Below, one piece after another: positions 48,907 to 60,104 of a DNA stretch of 64,000 nucleotides. Position 1 is the first letter of the stretch. Every line of letters begins with the position of its first letter. Source of the stretch: a bacterium (GTDB lineage: Bacteria > Patescibacteriota > Minisyncoccia > Minisyncoccales > CG1-02-41-26); the NCBI GenBank assembly GCA_030616605.1, contig JAUWWY010000002.1, positions 118,867-182,866 of the forward strand, given 5' to 3'. The notes under the pieces are model-generated. The model did not search any database and had not been told where the DNA came from. It saw only the letters and a program-made list of their open reading frames with translations. The translations under genes were made by a program, and so were the position numbers.

Positions 48907-50595
48907 ATGCGTAAAGTTTTAATTATTTTTCTTTTAGTCATTTTTATTGGAGTAGGAATAGTTGGATTTTGGTATTGGCAAAAAAATATTTATTCCAAAG
49001 ACACTTTGAAACTTGAAATTTTAGGACCTGAATTAGTTCAAGCCGGCCAGGAAATTGAGTATTTAGTAAAAATGAAAAATAATGGCAAAGTTAGATTGGA
49101 AAATCCTGAGTTAATCTTTCAGGCTCCGGAGCAATCTATTTTAAAAGATTATTCTAATTTAAGAGTTACTCAAAAAATAGAAGACATTTATCCCGGTGAA
49201 CAAAGAACATATTCTTTTAAAGCTCAGCTTTTCGGAGAAAAAGACATTACTTTGGAAGCCAAAGCTTGGTTAAGTTATCAACCAAAGAATTTAAAAGCTC
49301 GCTTTGAATCAAAAACAACCTTGACGATAAGAATTGAATTTATTCCCTTAACTTTTGAGTTTGATTTACCTCTAAAGGTTGAAAAAGGGGAGGATATAAA
49401 ATTTTCTTTAAATTATTTTTCAAACATTGATTATCTTTTAGAGAATTTAAGAGTAAAAATTGAATATCCATCAGATTTTACTTTTGAAAGTTCTCTTCCC
49501 GAAGCTTTAGATGAAAATGAGTGGTCCTTGCCTCCTTTAGTTCAGGCTTCAGGAGGAAGAATAGAGATAAATGGACTAATTGAAGGAAAAGAGGGTCAGA
49601 AAAAGGTTTTCCGAGCCCAGCTGGGCATGCTTAAAGACGGAGATTTTTGGCTCTTAAAAGAAACTGCTCAATCAATAGAAATAATTGAGTCTTCTTTGTA
49701 CATTTCTAATTTAATTAATAATTCCCCAAATTATACAGCAAATCCCGGTGATTTTCTTCATTATGAGATTTACTTTAAAAATATTGGCAAAAGACCAGTT
49801 CAGAAGAAATATATTTTTGCTCGACTTGAGGGAGAATTTTTTGACTTAACAACTCTAAAATCAAACAAGGGAGAATTTGGCCAAGGGGATAACACTATTC
49901 TCTGGGACTGGAAAAATGTTCCCGACCTCAGATTTTTAGATGTTGGTCAAGAAGGAAAGGTTGAATTTTGGATAAGAGTCAAGGAAAGTGTTGATTATCA
50001 AGTTAAAAACGCAAAATTAAGAGCAGAAATAGCTTTAGGGGAAATTGAGAAAGTTTTTGAGACGAAAATAAATTCCCAATTAACTCTTTTCCAAAAAGCC
50101 TACTTTACTCAAGAATTTTTTGAAAATCTAGGTTCTTTGCCGCCCAAGATAGGTCAAGCCATTGATTATGTTATTGTCTGGCAAGTGGAAAATACTTGTA
50201 ATGAGTTAAAAAATGTTAAAGTAAAAAGTGCTTTATCAGAAAATGTTCAGCCGACTGGCAAAATTTTTCCCGAAGATGCTAAATTCACTTATGATTCAGA
50301 ATCAAAAACTGTAATGTGGAATATCGGAGAAGTCAACGCTTGGCAGAGTTTTGAAAATATTCCTCTGATTTTAGCCTTCCAGGTCAGATTGACTCCTGAT
50401 TTTTCTCAAAAAGGAAAAACTCCTCTTTTGATTAAGGAAAGTAATATTTTGGCTGAAGACAATTGGACTTCAGAAATTTTAGAAGAAAAAGCTTCAGCAG
50501 TGAATACCACTTTACCCGATGATGAAACCGTCAGTCCAGAACAAGGAATAGTGGAAGAACAAGGAATAGTGGAAGAACAAGGAATAGTGGAGTGA
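48907..50595 (+). CDS. Membrane-anchored extracellular beta-sandwich repeat protein (DUF11-like)
   Basis: N-terminal TM; repeated G..I.Y...Y.N and W.I/L Ig-like units. Confidence 0.65.
   Translation: MRKVLIIFLLVIFIGVGIVGFWYWQKNIYSKDTLKLEILGPELVQAGQEIEYLVKMKNNGKVRLENPELIFQAPEQSILKDYSNLRVTQKIEDIYPGEQRTYSFKAQLFGEKDITLEAKAWLSYQPKNLKARFESKTTLTIRIEFIPLTFEFDLPLKVEKGEDIKFSLNYFSNIDYLLENLRVKIEYPSDFTFESSLPEALDENEWSLPPLVQASGGRIEINGLIEGKEGQKKVFRAQLGMLKDGDFWLLKETAQSIEIIESSLYISNLINNSPNYTANPGDFLHYEIYFKNIGKRPVQKKYIFARLEGEFFDLTTLKSNKGEFGQGDNTILWDWKNVPDLRFLDVGQEGKVEFWIRVKESVDYQVKNAKLRAEIALGEIEKVFETKINSQLTLFQKAYFTQEFFENLGSLPPKIGQAIDYVIVWQVENTCNELKNVKVKSALSENVQPTGKIFPEDAKFTYDSESKTVMWNIGEVNAWQSFENIPLILAFQVRLTPDFSQKGKTPLLIKESNILAEDNWTSEILEEKASAVNTTLPDDETVSPEQGIVEEQGIVEEQGIVE
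50539..50592 (+). repeat. 18-bp tandem repeat x3 encoding (EQGIVE)3
   Basis: GAACAAGGAATAGTGGAA twice plus GAACAAGGAATAGTGGAG just before the stop. Confidence 0.95.
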
Positions 50596-50609
50596 TTGTT
50601 TAATTATTT

Positions 50610-51953
50610 ATGGATTTAACTCAAAAAATTATATCTTTATCTAAAAGAAGGGGATTTATTTTTCCTTCTTCTGAAATTTATGGAGGAATAGGTGGAGTTT
50701 ATGACTTCGGTCCTCTTGGAAATGAGTTAAAAAGAAACATTAAGAAAGTTTGGTGGCAAAGTATGATGAAAGAGGAAAATATGGTCGGTTTAGATTCTGG
50801 GATTTTATTGAATCCTCGAGTTTGGCAGGCCTCTGGTCATTTAACTGCTGGTTTTGCTGATGAATTGGTAGAGTGTAAATCTTGCCACAAGAGATTTAAG
50901 AAAAATGAGATAGCCGGCAACAAATGCCCGGAATGCAGTGGTAAACTGACAAAACCAAGAAAATTTAATTTAATGATGAAAACCTTTGTTGGGCCGGTTG
51001 AAGATAATAGTTCTATTACTTATTTAAGACCTGAAACCTGTCAGGGGATTTTTGTTAATTTTTTGAACATTTTGAATTCAATGCGCTTAAAAATTCCCTT
51101 CGGTGTTATTCAAATAGGTAAATCTTTTCGAAACGAAATTACTACTAAAAACTTTATTTTCCGGACTCGAGAATTTGAACAAATGGAAATGGAGCTGTTC
51201 TGTCATCCCAAAGAGGCAGATAAACTTTTTGATTACTGGAAAGAACAGAGATTAAAGTGGTATCAAGATTTAGGAATAAAAAAAGAGAATTTAAGGGTTG
51301 TAGAAGTCTCAAAAGAAGACCGGGCTCACTATGCCAAAAGGCAAACAGATATTGAATATCATTTTCCCTTTGGTTGGGAAGAAATTGAAGGAATTCACAA
51401 TAGGGGAGATTTTGACCTTTCAAATCACTCAAAACATTCTGGAGAAGATTTGAAATATTTCGATGAGAAATCAGACCAGAAATATTTTCCTTATATTATT
51501 GAAACTTCGGTTGGGGTAGAAAGACCTTTATTTGCTTTTTTAACTGAAGCTTATCAAGAAATAAAAGGAGGAAGAAAAAAAATCAAAAATCAAAAATCAA
51601 AAATCAAAATTAAACACGAAGCAGAAATTTTATTAAAGTTAGATAAAAGACTAGCCCCAATAAAAGTTGCAGTTCTGCCCTTAGTCAGAAATAAACCAGA
51701 GATTGTCAAGAAGGCAAAGGAAATTTATAATCTTTTAAGACCTCATTTTAGCTCTCAATATGATGAAGTTGGTTCAATCGGCCGTCGCTATCGCCGCCAA
51801 GACGAAGTAGGAACAATTTTTTCAATCACTGTTGATTTTCAGACCCTGGAAGACGATACAATAACTTGTCGGGACCGCGATACAATGGCCCAAGAAAGAG
51901 TAAAAATAAAGGATTTAGTTAAAAGTTTAAAAGAAAAATTAGAGAATTGTTAG
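50610..51953 (+). CDS. glyQS: Glycine--tRNA ligase (homodimeric alpha2 type)
   Basis: RRGF..SSEIYGG, YLRPETCQG, GKSFRNE, FRTREFEQME, SIGRRYRRQDE. Confidence 0.96.
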   Translation: MDLTQKIISLSKRRGFIFPSSEIYGGIGGVYDFGPLGNELKRNIKKVWWQSMMKEENMVGLDSGILLNPRVWQASGHLTAGFADELVECKSCHKRFKKNEIAGNKCPECSGKLTKPRKFNLMMKTFVGPVEDNSSITYLRPETCQGIFVNFLNILNSMRLKIPFGVIQIGKSFRNEITTKNFIFRTREFEQMEMELFCHPKEADKLFDYWKEQRLKWYQDLGIKKENLRVVEVSKEDRAHYAKRQTDIEYHFPFGWEEIEGIHNRGDFDLSNHSKHSGEDLKYFDEKSDQKYFPYIIETSVGVERPLFAFLTEAYQEIKGGRKKIKNQKSKIKIKHEAEILLKLDKRLAPIKVAVLPLVRNKPEIVKKAKEIYNLLRPHFSSQYDEVGSIGRRYRRQDEVGTIFSITVDFQTLEDDTITCRDRDTMAQERVKIKDLVKSLKEKLENC

Positions 51954-52276
51954 ATTACAAATATAAGAGCAAAATCAAACAAAACCCCCTTAAAGGGGGT
52001 CATTTTAGTTTTCCACACCCTTTCCTTGACAAGCTATTTTCGTATGAGAGAATATAATAATCCCCAATATCCCAGCGTATATCCGATAGGGTATATCCGA
52101 TTAAGGATAATAAGGGATATTCTATAAAAAAAAGAAGGCCCGCGAAAAATCGGCTTCTCAACTGTGGAAGTATTTGAAGGGATTTTTGTTTACCCCAGCT
52201 TTTTAGTGCAAGGGTACGGACCTTCTAATCTTGATTATAATCTTTCAAAAGCATCTGTCAATCCCTCTGAGATAAT

Positions 52277-55200
52277 ATGAACCACCATAACAACAAAAAA
52301 TCAGAATATATTTCTTTGCAAGAAGCTACTAAATATTGCTCTTATTCGCGAGATTATTTGAAATTGCGTGCTCATCAAGGAAAATTGAAAGCAATTAAGA
52401 TTGCTAGAAACTGGCTGACCAAAAAAGAATGGATAGATGAATATTTGGAAAAGACCAACAACTATAAAAATCAGATAACTGAGCAGAGAAAGGAAAAAGA
52501 GAAAGAGAAAGAGTTAGAAAAAATAGAGGAGACAAGAAGGGAAGAAACAACTAAGCCAACGCCCGTCTTTGCTCCAAAACCCTCTTTTCAATTAGCGCCC
52601 AGAGTCCAGCTGATTGTTTTTATTGTGGCACTGGTTTTTGTTTTGACTTTTATTGGAACTATTTTTGCTTATCCATATTTTGAACCGGTTGTCAGCCCCA
52701 TTGTAAAAGAAATCACTTTTGATATTAAAAAAAATACAGCCTCTATTAAAGACCAAGTCAGCCAATATGTTGCTCAAAATGTAAAAGAAATTAAGAAACA
52801 AATACAAATACTAGTTCAGAAGATAAAACAGGTTCCTCAAAAAATTGTGAGCGTTTTCAAAGGAGAAGAGAAAGTTTTTTTAAGGGAAGATCTTGTTTTA
52901 AAACAAGAGATAGAAAAATTAATTGCTGAGAAATTTGTTACTAAAGAACAATTCAGAGAACTCCAGGAAAGATTTGAAAAACTAAAACAAGAAGGACTGT
53001 CTCAAAAAGAAATAATAAAAGAAGTAGAGGTTATTGTTAAAGAGATAGAAACAATTGATGATAAATCCCTGGTCCTGCTCAAATCCCAAATTTCCGAAAT
53101 CCAGGAATGGGAAAAAGATATTCTGACTCTCCAGATTCTAACTGCTAAACTCCAAACCCATCCTCCCTCTACCCAGGTTTCAACCGCTCCAGTATATATC
53201 GGCTCCCAGGGAATTCAAATAGGAGGAGCTGCGACCTTAGCTTCTTTAGGAGTTTCCGGTATGGCTGGAATTACTAACTTAGGAGTTGGTGGCTCTGCCA
53301 CCCTGGGTTCTGATTCTTTAGACAAACTGAGAGTTTATGCCACTGCTAATTTTATCTCCCCTGTTACTTTAACCAACACCTTCAGAGTTGGCGGGACAAC
53401 TGATTATTTAACTGTTAATTCAAACGGCAATCTTAGTACCACTGGAACTTTAACTGCTGCCACCTCTACTCTTTCCAGTCTTTTCACTACTGGAAATTTG
53501 GCAATAGGCGGTAATCTTGCTGTCTCAGGTACTCAGGTTGTCCAAGCCACCTCCACTTTAGCCACCACCACTATTACCAGATTAGGCATCGCCACAACAA
53601 CTCCATCTTATCCTTTAACCGTGGCTGGCGATATCTGGGGTTCAGGAAATATTGTCTTGGCAGGAACAATTGATACTGGCCAGGGAGCAACTGAAGTTTA
53701 TCTAATGAACCAAAACCTGAGAACATCTGATTCTCCAACTTTTAATAATCTTACTGTTACAAGCACAGCTACCACCACTAACTTAATAGTAACCAGTGAT
53801 TTGACTCTTACAGGACTAACCAATGGTTCAATTCTCTTCTCTACCTCATCAGGACTAATCTCCCAAGACAATGCTAATCTCTTCTGGGATGATACTAATA
53901 ATAGATTGGGCATTGGGACAAGCAGTCCAGCTACTATCTTTCAAGTAATTGGTACAAGCACTTTGCAAACTATTCTTCCTCAAACAACAAACACTTACAC
54001 CTTAGGTTCTCCAACCTACAAATGGGCAAACCTCTATGCTGCCACTACCACCATAGGGGATACAATCATCATTGGTACAAATAGCATTGCAGCTACCTCA
54101 ACTTTAACAATTTCTTCAGCTAATTCCTCAGATATTATCTTAAGCCCAGCACGTTATGTCGGCATCGGGACAACGAGTCCTGCCTCACTTCTCGATGTCT
54201 ATGGTTCTGCCAGATTTGGAACTTCATCTACTTCGACTTTATTTGTTGATTCAGGAAATGGAAGAGTCGGCATCGGGACGACGAATCCGCTAAAATTGTT
54301 GCATGTCGTTGGTGGAGAAGCACGTATGGACGGTGTCCTGACAGCGAACAGCACGGCAAATCTCTATGGTACAGTCAATATTGGGGATGGTGCGGGCGAT
54401 ACGGTCAGTATCTCAGCTGGTAATCTCTCCTTCAACAACAATACGACAGTGACGATGACGGATGGCGGCGGACGAACTCTCGACTTTGGACCAGGGGTTC
54501 TATCCATTAGTAAGGCTACCGGCAAAGTCGGCATCGGGACGGGGAGTCCTTCAGGAACATTAGATGTAAACAAAGGAGGAGTAATAGTAACAAATCTTCA
54601 AGCTCATACCGCTAATTTCTATGGAACTAATTATTCGGGAGGAACAATTGCTATATATGATAGTGCTTCTATTGCAGCTGGTGTTGGCGGAGGAATTAAT
54701 TTAGGAGGAATGTATGTTGGAGATGATGTTATAGAGTTTGCTCAGGTAAGAGCATCTAAGGAAACAGCTACAGTTGGTCAGTATGGGGGTTCGTTGATAT
54801 TTGCTACACGTGTTCATGGAGGGAATATGACTGATTATATGATAATAAATAGTTCAGGCAACGTCGGCATCGGGACGACAACAATAGGTTCGAGATTAAC
54901 CATTCAAAGCTCTGGAAATGCTTCTACAACTTCTGCTTTAAATATCCAAGATTCTGATGGAACAAGTATGTTATATGTAAGAGATGATGGAAACATCGGC
55001 ATCGGGACGGATAGTCCTGCTTATGAATTAGATGTAAATGGATTTATAAAATCAAAGGGTCAGATATATAATTATTGGCAAACTGATTCGTCAGGTTCGG
55101 CTGGTAATGATAAATGGTATCAGATAGCAGAGGCAAATATCATAAGTCAGTATGCTCAATATAGTGCTGTGTTTCATGTGTATCGCCATCGTTTATTTTC

Positions 55201-57712
55201 TTCTTCTGCGTATTCCCAGCAGTTTATGGTTGATTTCAGACAGGATGCCGCTATGACAAACGACCCAATTACTTTTATATGGCCTATACAAGCATCAGGT
55301 GCTTCAGCAATACAAGTTAAGGCTATATTAACCACAAACACTGCAGACTTGAAAACATTAAAGGTTTATGTATATCAAACAGGTACATATTCTATTATTA
55401 GGATAGCACAAGTTCAGGGTAATTTTGACCCCTTTGAATCAGCGTCAGGTATAGAAACAGGTTCTTTGCCTGCAGGGACACAGTATGATTTAGACCACGA
55501 TGCTTTTTATTTGAAAAATGACGGCAACGTCGGCATCGGGACGGCGAGCCCTACACATAACTTAGAAATTGAAGGGACTACGGCACAGATTCAGACGATA
55601 ATGACAGGTACCACAAGTTATAGTGGTCTGGTGGCTGATTCGGATACGGCAACGCATTATCTTGTGGTTGCTACCTACGGCAGTGAGGATACAGGAACAA
55701 TTTTTGGCATAACTCGGGCTGATGTTTCTATGTTATTTGCAATAAATCAGCCATTATTTATTGGAACATTCAGTGCTGAGGATTTGATTATTGGAACTAA
55801 TGATACAGAACGTATGCGTATTTTATCAGATGGCAAAGTCGGCATTGGGACGAGTAGTCCAAATGAAAAACTTTCTGTTTCTGGTAATTTAAGTATAGGA
55901 AATGCGGCTGCTGGGACAGATGCGACCAGGACATTAGTACTAGGGCTTGGGACAATTCCTTCTTCTTCTCCTGCTGATCTAGTCCAGCTTTATGCTGAAA
56001 ATGTGGATAGAGACTTGTGTACAGGAGGAACGGCTAGCGCAAATAGTGAGTATGATGCTGGTAGTAGTGCAGATAAGGTATTCGACGATATTATTACCAC
56101 CTCCTGGATGACCGAGCAGGGAGTTGTAACTGGCTGGGTAAAATATGATTTTGGTAGCGGGAACAATAAGATAATAGACAAATACCGAGTTTATATGGGT
56201 GGTAGCTCTTCGAGGTCTCCTAAAGACTGGACTTTTCAGGGTTCAAATAATGATAGTGATTGGGACACATTAGACACCCAGACTAGTCAGACCTGGAGTG
56301 GTGCCGAATGGAAAGATTACACCTTTAGCAATAGCACTCCTTATCGTTATTATATGATTAATATTACTGCTAATAATGGGGATGCCAACTTTTTGATGAT
56401 GAATGAGATGGAGATGATATTCATGAATCTAGCCGGATTAAAAGTAAGAGATGAGGCAGGGATTATAACGCTACTTTCACCCCACGATGTTGGGACAGGA
56501 GAGTGGATATTTTATTCAGAGAATGCCAATACAGGCAAAGTCCTTAGGGTAGAAATGGAGAGATTAACAAAGAGACTAAATAGAATATTAGGAGGAGGAT
56601 TTGTGACAGAAAACAACAAAACAGAATTGGCAGATCATGCTTTCAATATTGTCGATTCATCAGGGAATAGCTTGTTATTTGTCGGAGATAACGGCAATGT
56701 CGGCATCGGGACAACAAGTTCTTCTAACATTTTAACGGTCAAGAAGGACTCAACTACTGATCCTATTGCTGATGCTTGGACTCAATATTCAACTCCAGAT
56801 AGTAAAATAGTTTTGGGTTCTGCTAATGACCAGGCAGAAGAATATCTGGAGAAATTCAAAGAGTTAATGGTCTATAAATGGAAAAGAAATGAAAATGAAC
56901 AGGAACGTCTGGGTGTTTTGGCTGTCACCTCTACTCCTTCGGAAATCTTAGCTTATGATGCTGGAGGTAATATCCAGGGAATAGACCTTGGCGGCTACAT
57001 TGGCTTTCTCCATGAGGCAATGAAAGCCCAGCAAACCCAAATAGAAGAACTAAGAAAAGAGGTTTTTGCTACAACAACCCTTTCAGTAGAAGAGAACACT
57101 GAAGGTCAAATTGTTAACCTTTCTCTGGAAGAGCTTCGTCGGTCGCTTGCTTTACTCGGCCTTTTAGTGACAGAGACCGGGTCTCTGGAAGTTCAGGAAT
57201 TAAAAGCTCAAGAATTAGAGGTTGGTTCCCAATCAAAGCCAGCTGGTATTACTATTTATGACGAAGAGACCAGTCAGCCCTTTTGTATTAAAGTTAAGGG
57301 CGCTGAGATGATAAATGTGCCTGGTAAATGTGATACTGTACAAACTAATAATAATATCACCGACCCGACCAGTGACACTATTCCAACGCCCGAACCCGAG
57401 CCTGAACCAACGCCAGAGCCTGAACCACAGCCTGAGCCAGAGCCAGAATCAACCATCACCGTCCCGACCGGTGACACTGTTCCAACTCCTGAACCTGAAC
57501 TAGAACCAGAACCAGAACCAGAGCCAACTCCTGAACCTGAACCTGAACCAACTCCAGAGCCCGAGCCAGAACCAACTCCAGAACCTGAACCAACTCCTGA
57601 ACCCGAACCCGAGCCACAGCCCGAACCAACTCCACAGCCCGAACCACAGCCCGAACCAACTCCCGAACCAACTCCCGAACCCGAACCAGCACCGGCGCCA
57701 GTTGAAGAATAA
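52277..57712 (+). CDS. Giant modular surface/fibre protein: N-terminal HTH, TM helix, coiled coil, GxVGIGT modules, discoidin (F5/8)-like domain, S74-like chaperone domain, Pro/Glu tail
   Basis: YISLQEA..YL..RA..GKLKA.K..RNW; nine xGIGT repeats; [18 protein letters not shown]; [21 protein letters not shown]; (PE)n. Confidence 0.85.
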   Translation: MNHHNNKKSEYISLQEATKYCSYSRDYLKLRAHQGKLKAIKIARNWLTKKEWIDEYLEKTNNYKNQITEQRKEKEKEKELEKIEETRREETTKPTPVFAPKPSFQLAPRVQLIVFIVALVFVLTFIGTIFAYPYFEPVVSPIVKEITFDIKKNTASIKDQVSQYVAQNVKEIKKQIQILVQKIKQVPQKIVSVFKGEEKVFLREDLVLKQEIEKLIAEKFVTKEQFRELQERFEKLKQEGLSQKEIIKEVEVIVKEIETIDDKSLVLLKSQISEIQEWEKDILTLQILTAKLQTHPPSTQVSTAPVYIGSQGIQIGGAATLASLGVSGMAGITNLGVGGSATLGSDSLDKLRVYATANFISPVTLTNTFRVGGTTDYLTVNSNGNLSTTGTLTAATSTLSSLFTTGNLAIGGNLAVSGTQVVQATSTLATTTITRLGIATTTPSYPLTVAGDIWGSGNIVLAGTIDTGQGATEVYLMNQNLRTSDSPTFNNLTVTSTATTTNLIVTSDLTLTGLTNGSILFSTSSGLISQDNANLFWDDTNNRLGIGTSSPATIFQVIGTSTLQTILPQTTNTYTLGSPTYKWANLYAATTTIGDTIIIGTNSIAATSTLTISSANSSDIILSPARYVGIGTTSPASLLDVYGSARFGTSSTSTLFVDSGNGRVGIGTTNPLKLLHVVGGEARMDGVLTANSTANLYGTVNIGDGAGDTVSISAGNLSFNNNTTVTMTDGGGRTLDFGPGVLSISKATGKVGIGTGSPSGTLDVNKGGVIVTNLQAHTANFYGTNYSGGTIAIYDSASIAAGVGGGINLGGMYVGDDVIEFAQVRASKETATVGQYGGSLIFATRVHGGNMTDYMIINSSGNVGIGTTTIGSRLTIQSSGNASTTSALNIQDSDGTSMLYVRDDGNIGIGTDSPAYELDVNGFIKSKGQIYNYWQTDSSGSAGNDKWYQIAEANIISQYAQYSAVFHVYRHRLFSSSAYSQQFMVDFRQDAAMTNDPITFIWPIQASGASAIQVKAILTTNTADLKTLKVYVYQTGTYSIIRIAQVQGNFDPFESASGIETGSLPAGTQYDLDHDAFYLKNDGNVGIGTASPTHNLEIEGTTAQIQTIMTGTTSYSGLVADSDTATHYLVVATYGSEDTGTIFGITRADVSMLFAINQPLFIGTFSAEDLIIGTNDTERMRILSDGKVGIGTSSPNEKLSVSGNLSIGNAAAGTDATRTLVLGLGTIPSSSPADLVQLYAENVDRDLCTGGTASANSEYDAGSSADKVFDDIITTSWMTEQGVVTGWVKYDFGSGNNKIIDKYRVYMGGSSSRSPKDWTFQGSNNDSDWDTLDTQTSQTWSGAEWKDYTFSNSTPYRYYMINITANNGDANFLMMNEMEMIFMNLAGLKVRDEAGIITLLSPHDVGTGEWIFYSENANTGKVLRVEMERLTKRLNRILGGGFVTENNKTELADHAFNIVDSSGNSLLFVGDNGNVGIGTTSSSNILTVKKDSTTDPIADAWTQYSTPDSKIVLGSANDQAEEYLEKFKELMVYKWKRNENEQERLGVLAVTSTPSEILAYDAGGNIQGIDLGGYIGFLHEAMKAQQTQIEELRKEVFATTTLSVEENTEGQIVNLSLEELRRSLALLGLLVTETGSLEVQELKAQELEVGSQSKPAGITIYDEETSQPFCIKVKGAEMINVPGKCDTVQTNNNITDPTSDTIPTPEPEPEPTPEPEPQPEPEPESTITVPTGDTVPTPEPELEPEPEPEPTPEPEPEPTPEPEPEPTPEPEPTPEPEPEPQPEPTPQPEPQPEPTPEPTPEPEPAPAPVEE
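53906..56712 (+). repeat. Dispersed in-frame 14-nt repeat GTCGGCATCGGGAC
   Basis: Exact at 54158, 54266, 54527, 54863, 55529, 56699; one mismatch at 54995 and 55838; three mismatches at 53906. Confidence 0.95.
57361..57709 (+). repeat. Low-complexity (PE/PT/PQ)n coding repeat
   Basis: CCNGAR arrays; duplicated CCGACCrGTGACACTrTTCCAAC lead-in. Confidence 0.9.
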
Positions 57713-57803
57713 GCCCCAGCTGTTAGAAATGTAATAAAAAAAGACAAGGGACGTTTTTGTCCCTCTTTTGTTTTAGGAGAATTTAGTCTATAATCGTATT
57801 GTA

Positions 57804-59069
57804 ATGTATCAAAAAACCTTTCTAAAAAATGGTTTAAGAATTATTACTGTCCCCCAAAAAAAGACCCAAGCAGTAACGGTTTTGGTTTTGGTTGGAGCAG
57901 GTTCTAAATATGAGACAAAACAATTAAATGGCATTTCCCATTTTTTGGAACATATGTTTTTCAAGGGGACCAAGAAAAGACCCAATACTTTAAAAATTGC
58001 TGAAACTTTAGATAAAATCGGTGGAGTTTATAATGCCTTTACCTCCAAAGAATTCACTGGTTATTGGGCTAAAGTTCAATCAAAACATTTGGATTTAGCT
58101 TTAGATTGGGTCTCTGATATTTTCTTAAATTCAAAAATTGAAGCCAAAGAACTCAAAAAAGAAAAAGGAGTAATAATTGAGGAATTAAACATGTATTTAG
58201 ATACACCAATCAAGTACATCGGTGACTTATGGGAAAAATTACTTTATGGAAATCAGCCGGCCGGTTGGAAAACTATAGGAGAAAAAGAGAATATTATTAG
58301 ATTTCAAAGGAAACATTTTTTGGATTATTTAAAAAATCACTATTCAGCTTTAAACACTATTGTTTGTGTAGCTGGCAATTTTAGCCAGCAAGATATTTTG
58401 TCAAAAATTAAAAAATATTTTAAAAAAATCAAAACCAAAACCCCAAACCAAAAGATAAAAGTTATAGAGAAACAAAGAAGCCCCAGACTACTTTCTCATT
58501 TTAAAAAAACTGACCAGACCCATCTTTGTCTGGGAGTGAGAGGTTATGATTTATTTCATCCCCAAAGATATGCCCAAGAAATTTTAGCAATAATTCTTGG
58601 TGGCAATATGAGTTCTCGACTTTTTATTAAAGTCCGGGAAAAAAAAGGATTGGCTTATTATATTCATTCTTCTTTAGAGCTCTATACTGACAGTGGTTAT
58701 TTGGTGACCAGTGCCGGTGTTTCTCACAAAGATGTTATCAAAGTTATAAATTTAATCATTAAAGAATATAAAAATATCAAAGATAAAAAAATTTCAAAAG
58801 AGGAATTACAAAAAGCAAAAGATTATTTAAAAGGTGTTTTGACTTTAAGTTTAGAGTCCTCAGATGCTCAAGCATCTTTTTATACTTTTCAGGAATTATT
58901 AAAGGGAAAAATTTTGACATCCAAGGAAAAATTTAGAATGATAGATAAGGTAACAAGAGAAGATGTTTATAAGACGGCTGGCGATATTTTTCAACCCCAG
59001 AAACTTAATTTAGCTTTGATTGGACCTCACCGAGATAATAAAAAATTTAAAGCCAGTTTGAAAATTTAA
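57804..59069 (+). CDS. M16 family (pitrilysin-like) zinc peptidase
   Basis: HFLEHMFFKGT, NAFT, SSRLF..VREKKGLAY. Confidence 0.93.
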   Translation: MYQKTFLKNGLRIITVPQKKTQAVTVLVLVGAGSKYETKQLNGISHFLEHMFFKGTKKRPNTLKIAETLDKIGGVYNAFTSKEFTGYWAKVQSKHLDLALDWVSDIFLNSKIEAKELKKEKGVIIEELNMYLDTPIKYIGDLWEKLLYGNQPAGWKTIGEKENIIRFQRKHFLDYLKNHYSALNTIVCVAGNFSQQDILSKIKKYFKKIKTKTPNQKIKVIEKQRSPRLLSHFKKTDQTHLCLGVRGYDLFHPQRYAQEILAIILGGNMSSRLFIKVREKKGLAYYIHSSLELYTDSGYLVTSAGVSHKDVIKVINLIIKEYKNIKDKKISKEELQKAKDYLKGVLTLSLESSDAQASFYTFQELLKGKILTSKEKFRMIDKVTREDVYKTAGDIFQPQKLNLALIGPHRDNKKFKASLKI

Positions 59070-59070
59070 C

Positions 59071-60102
59071 ATGGCAGAAGAAAAAACTTTAAATATAAAT
59101 TGGGATTTTGTTCTGAAAATTTCAGTCTTGGTAATTTTTCTTTATTTCCTTTTTCTCATCCAGAATTTGGTTATTTGGTTTATTTTTGCTTTAATCTTAT
59201 CAATTTTGTTTAACTTTTTGATAGATTTTTTAGAAAAGAAAAAAATTCCCCGGATAATAGCGACGTTTTTTGTCTATTTTGGTTTATTAGCTATTATAAG
59301 TTTTTTCTTTTACAAAACCGTTCCAGTTTTTCTTTCTGATATAAAAAGTTTTAGCTCCAATCTCCCTCTCTATTTTCAAAAAGTTTCTCCTTTTTTGGAA
59401 AAGATTGGTATTAAAATTTTTCAGGGAGCTGATTCTTTGGTTATCTTTTTAGAAAACAACCTGGGTAAAGCTGGAGAAAACGTTTTAAATGCCTTAGTCA
59501 CAATTTTTGGAGGAGTAACAGCTACCCTTTTTATAATCTTTTTATCTTTCTTTTTCTCACTTGAAAAAAATCTCTTAGGAGGGATTCTCTCTAATTTTGC
59601 TCCAGCCAGATATCAAAAATATGTTTTCAATCTTTTACCGAGAATTCGAAGGAAGGTGAGCGGCTGGTTTATTTCTCGAGTAGTCGGAGCCCTATTTGTT
59701 GGCCTTCTCGCTTATTTGGTTTTAACAATTTTAGATGTTAAATATGCTTTTGTTTTTAGTTTGATTGTTGGTATTTTGGATTTTATCCCGATTATCGGAC
59801 CGATAATCGGCGCTGTTATAATTACCCCAATTGTTATGATGGATTCTTTTAGTCAGGGTTTGTTTGTTTTGATTGCTTTTGTCATTATCCAGCAGTTAGA
59901 AAACAACCTTTTATTTCCTGTTTTATTTAAAAAATTTATTGGTATTCCTCCAGCTTTAGTTTTAATATCTTTAGCTATTGGTGCCCAACTTTGGGGATTA
60001 TTGGGAGCAATTTTAGCTATTCCCTTAGCCGGAATAATTTTTGAGCTTGTTAAAGATTATTTAAGAATCAGGAAACAAGAGAACAAAGCAGAAATTTTGT
60101 AA
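59071..60102 (+). CDS. AI-2E (PerM) family transporter
   Basis: FIPIIGP, QQLENNLL.P, GLLGAILAIP. Confidence 0.9.
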   Translation: MAEEKTLNINWDFVLKISVLVIFLYFLFLIQNLVIWFIFALILSILFNFLIDFLEKKKIPRIIATFFVYFGLLAIISFFFYKTVPVFLSDIKSFSSNLPLYFQKVSPFLEKIGIKIFQGADSLVIFLENNLGKAGENVLNALVTIFGGVTATLFIIFLSFFFSLEKNLLGGILSNFAPARYQKYVFNLLPRIRRKVSGWFISRVVGALFVGLLAYLVLTILDVKYAFVFSLIVGILDFIPIIGPIIGAVIITPIVMMDSFSQGLFVLIAFVIIQQLENNLLFPVLFKKFIGIPPALVLISLAIGAQLWGLLGAILAIPLAGIIFELVKDYLRIRKQENKAEIL

Positions 60103-60104
60103 AT

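Noticed and set aside
52005-52175. DnaA-box-like TTTTCCACA and TGTGGAAG as a replication origin
   Set aside because: Only two imperfect boxes and no dnaA or dnaN context.
53906-56712. CRISPR or diversity-generating retroelement explanation for the 14-nt repeats
   Set aside because: Spacing is long and irregular, the repeats are in frame within a CDS, and there are no cas genes, reverse transcriptase or template/variable repeat pair in the window.
57274-57747. Gly/Ser-rich minus-strand ORF and other alternative ORFs over the PE repeat
   Set aside because: Shadows of the (PE)n coding repeat, which lacks stops in other frames.
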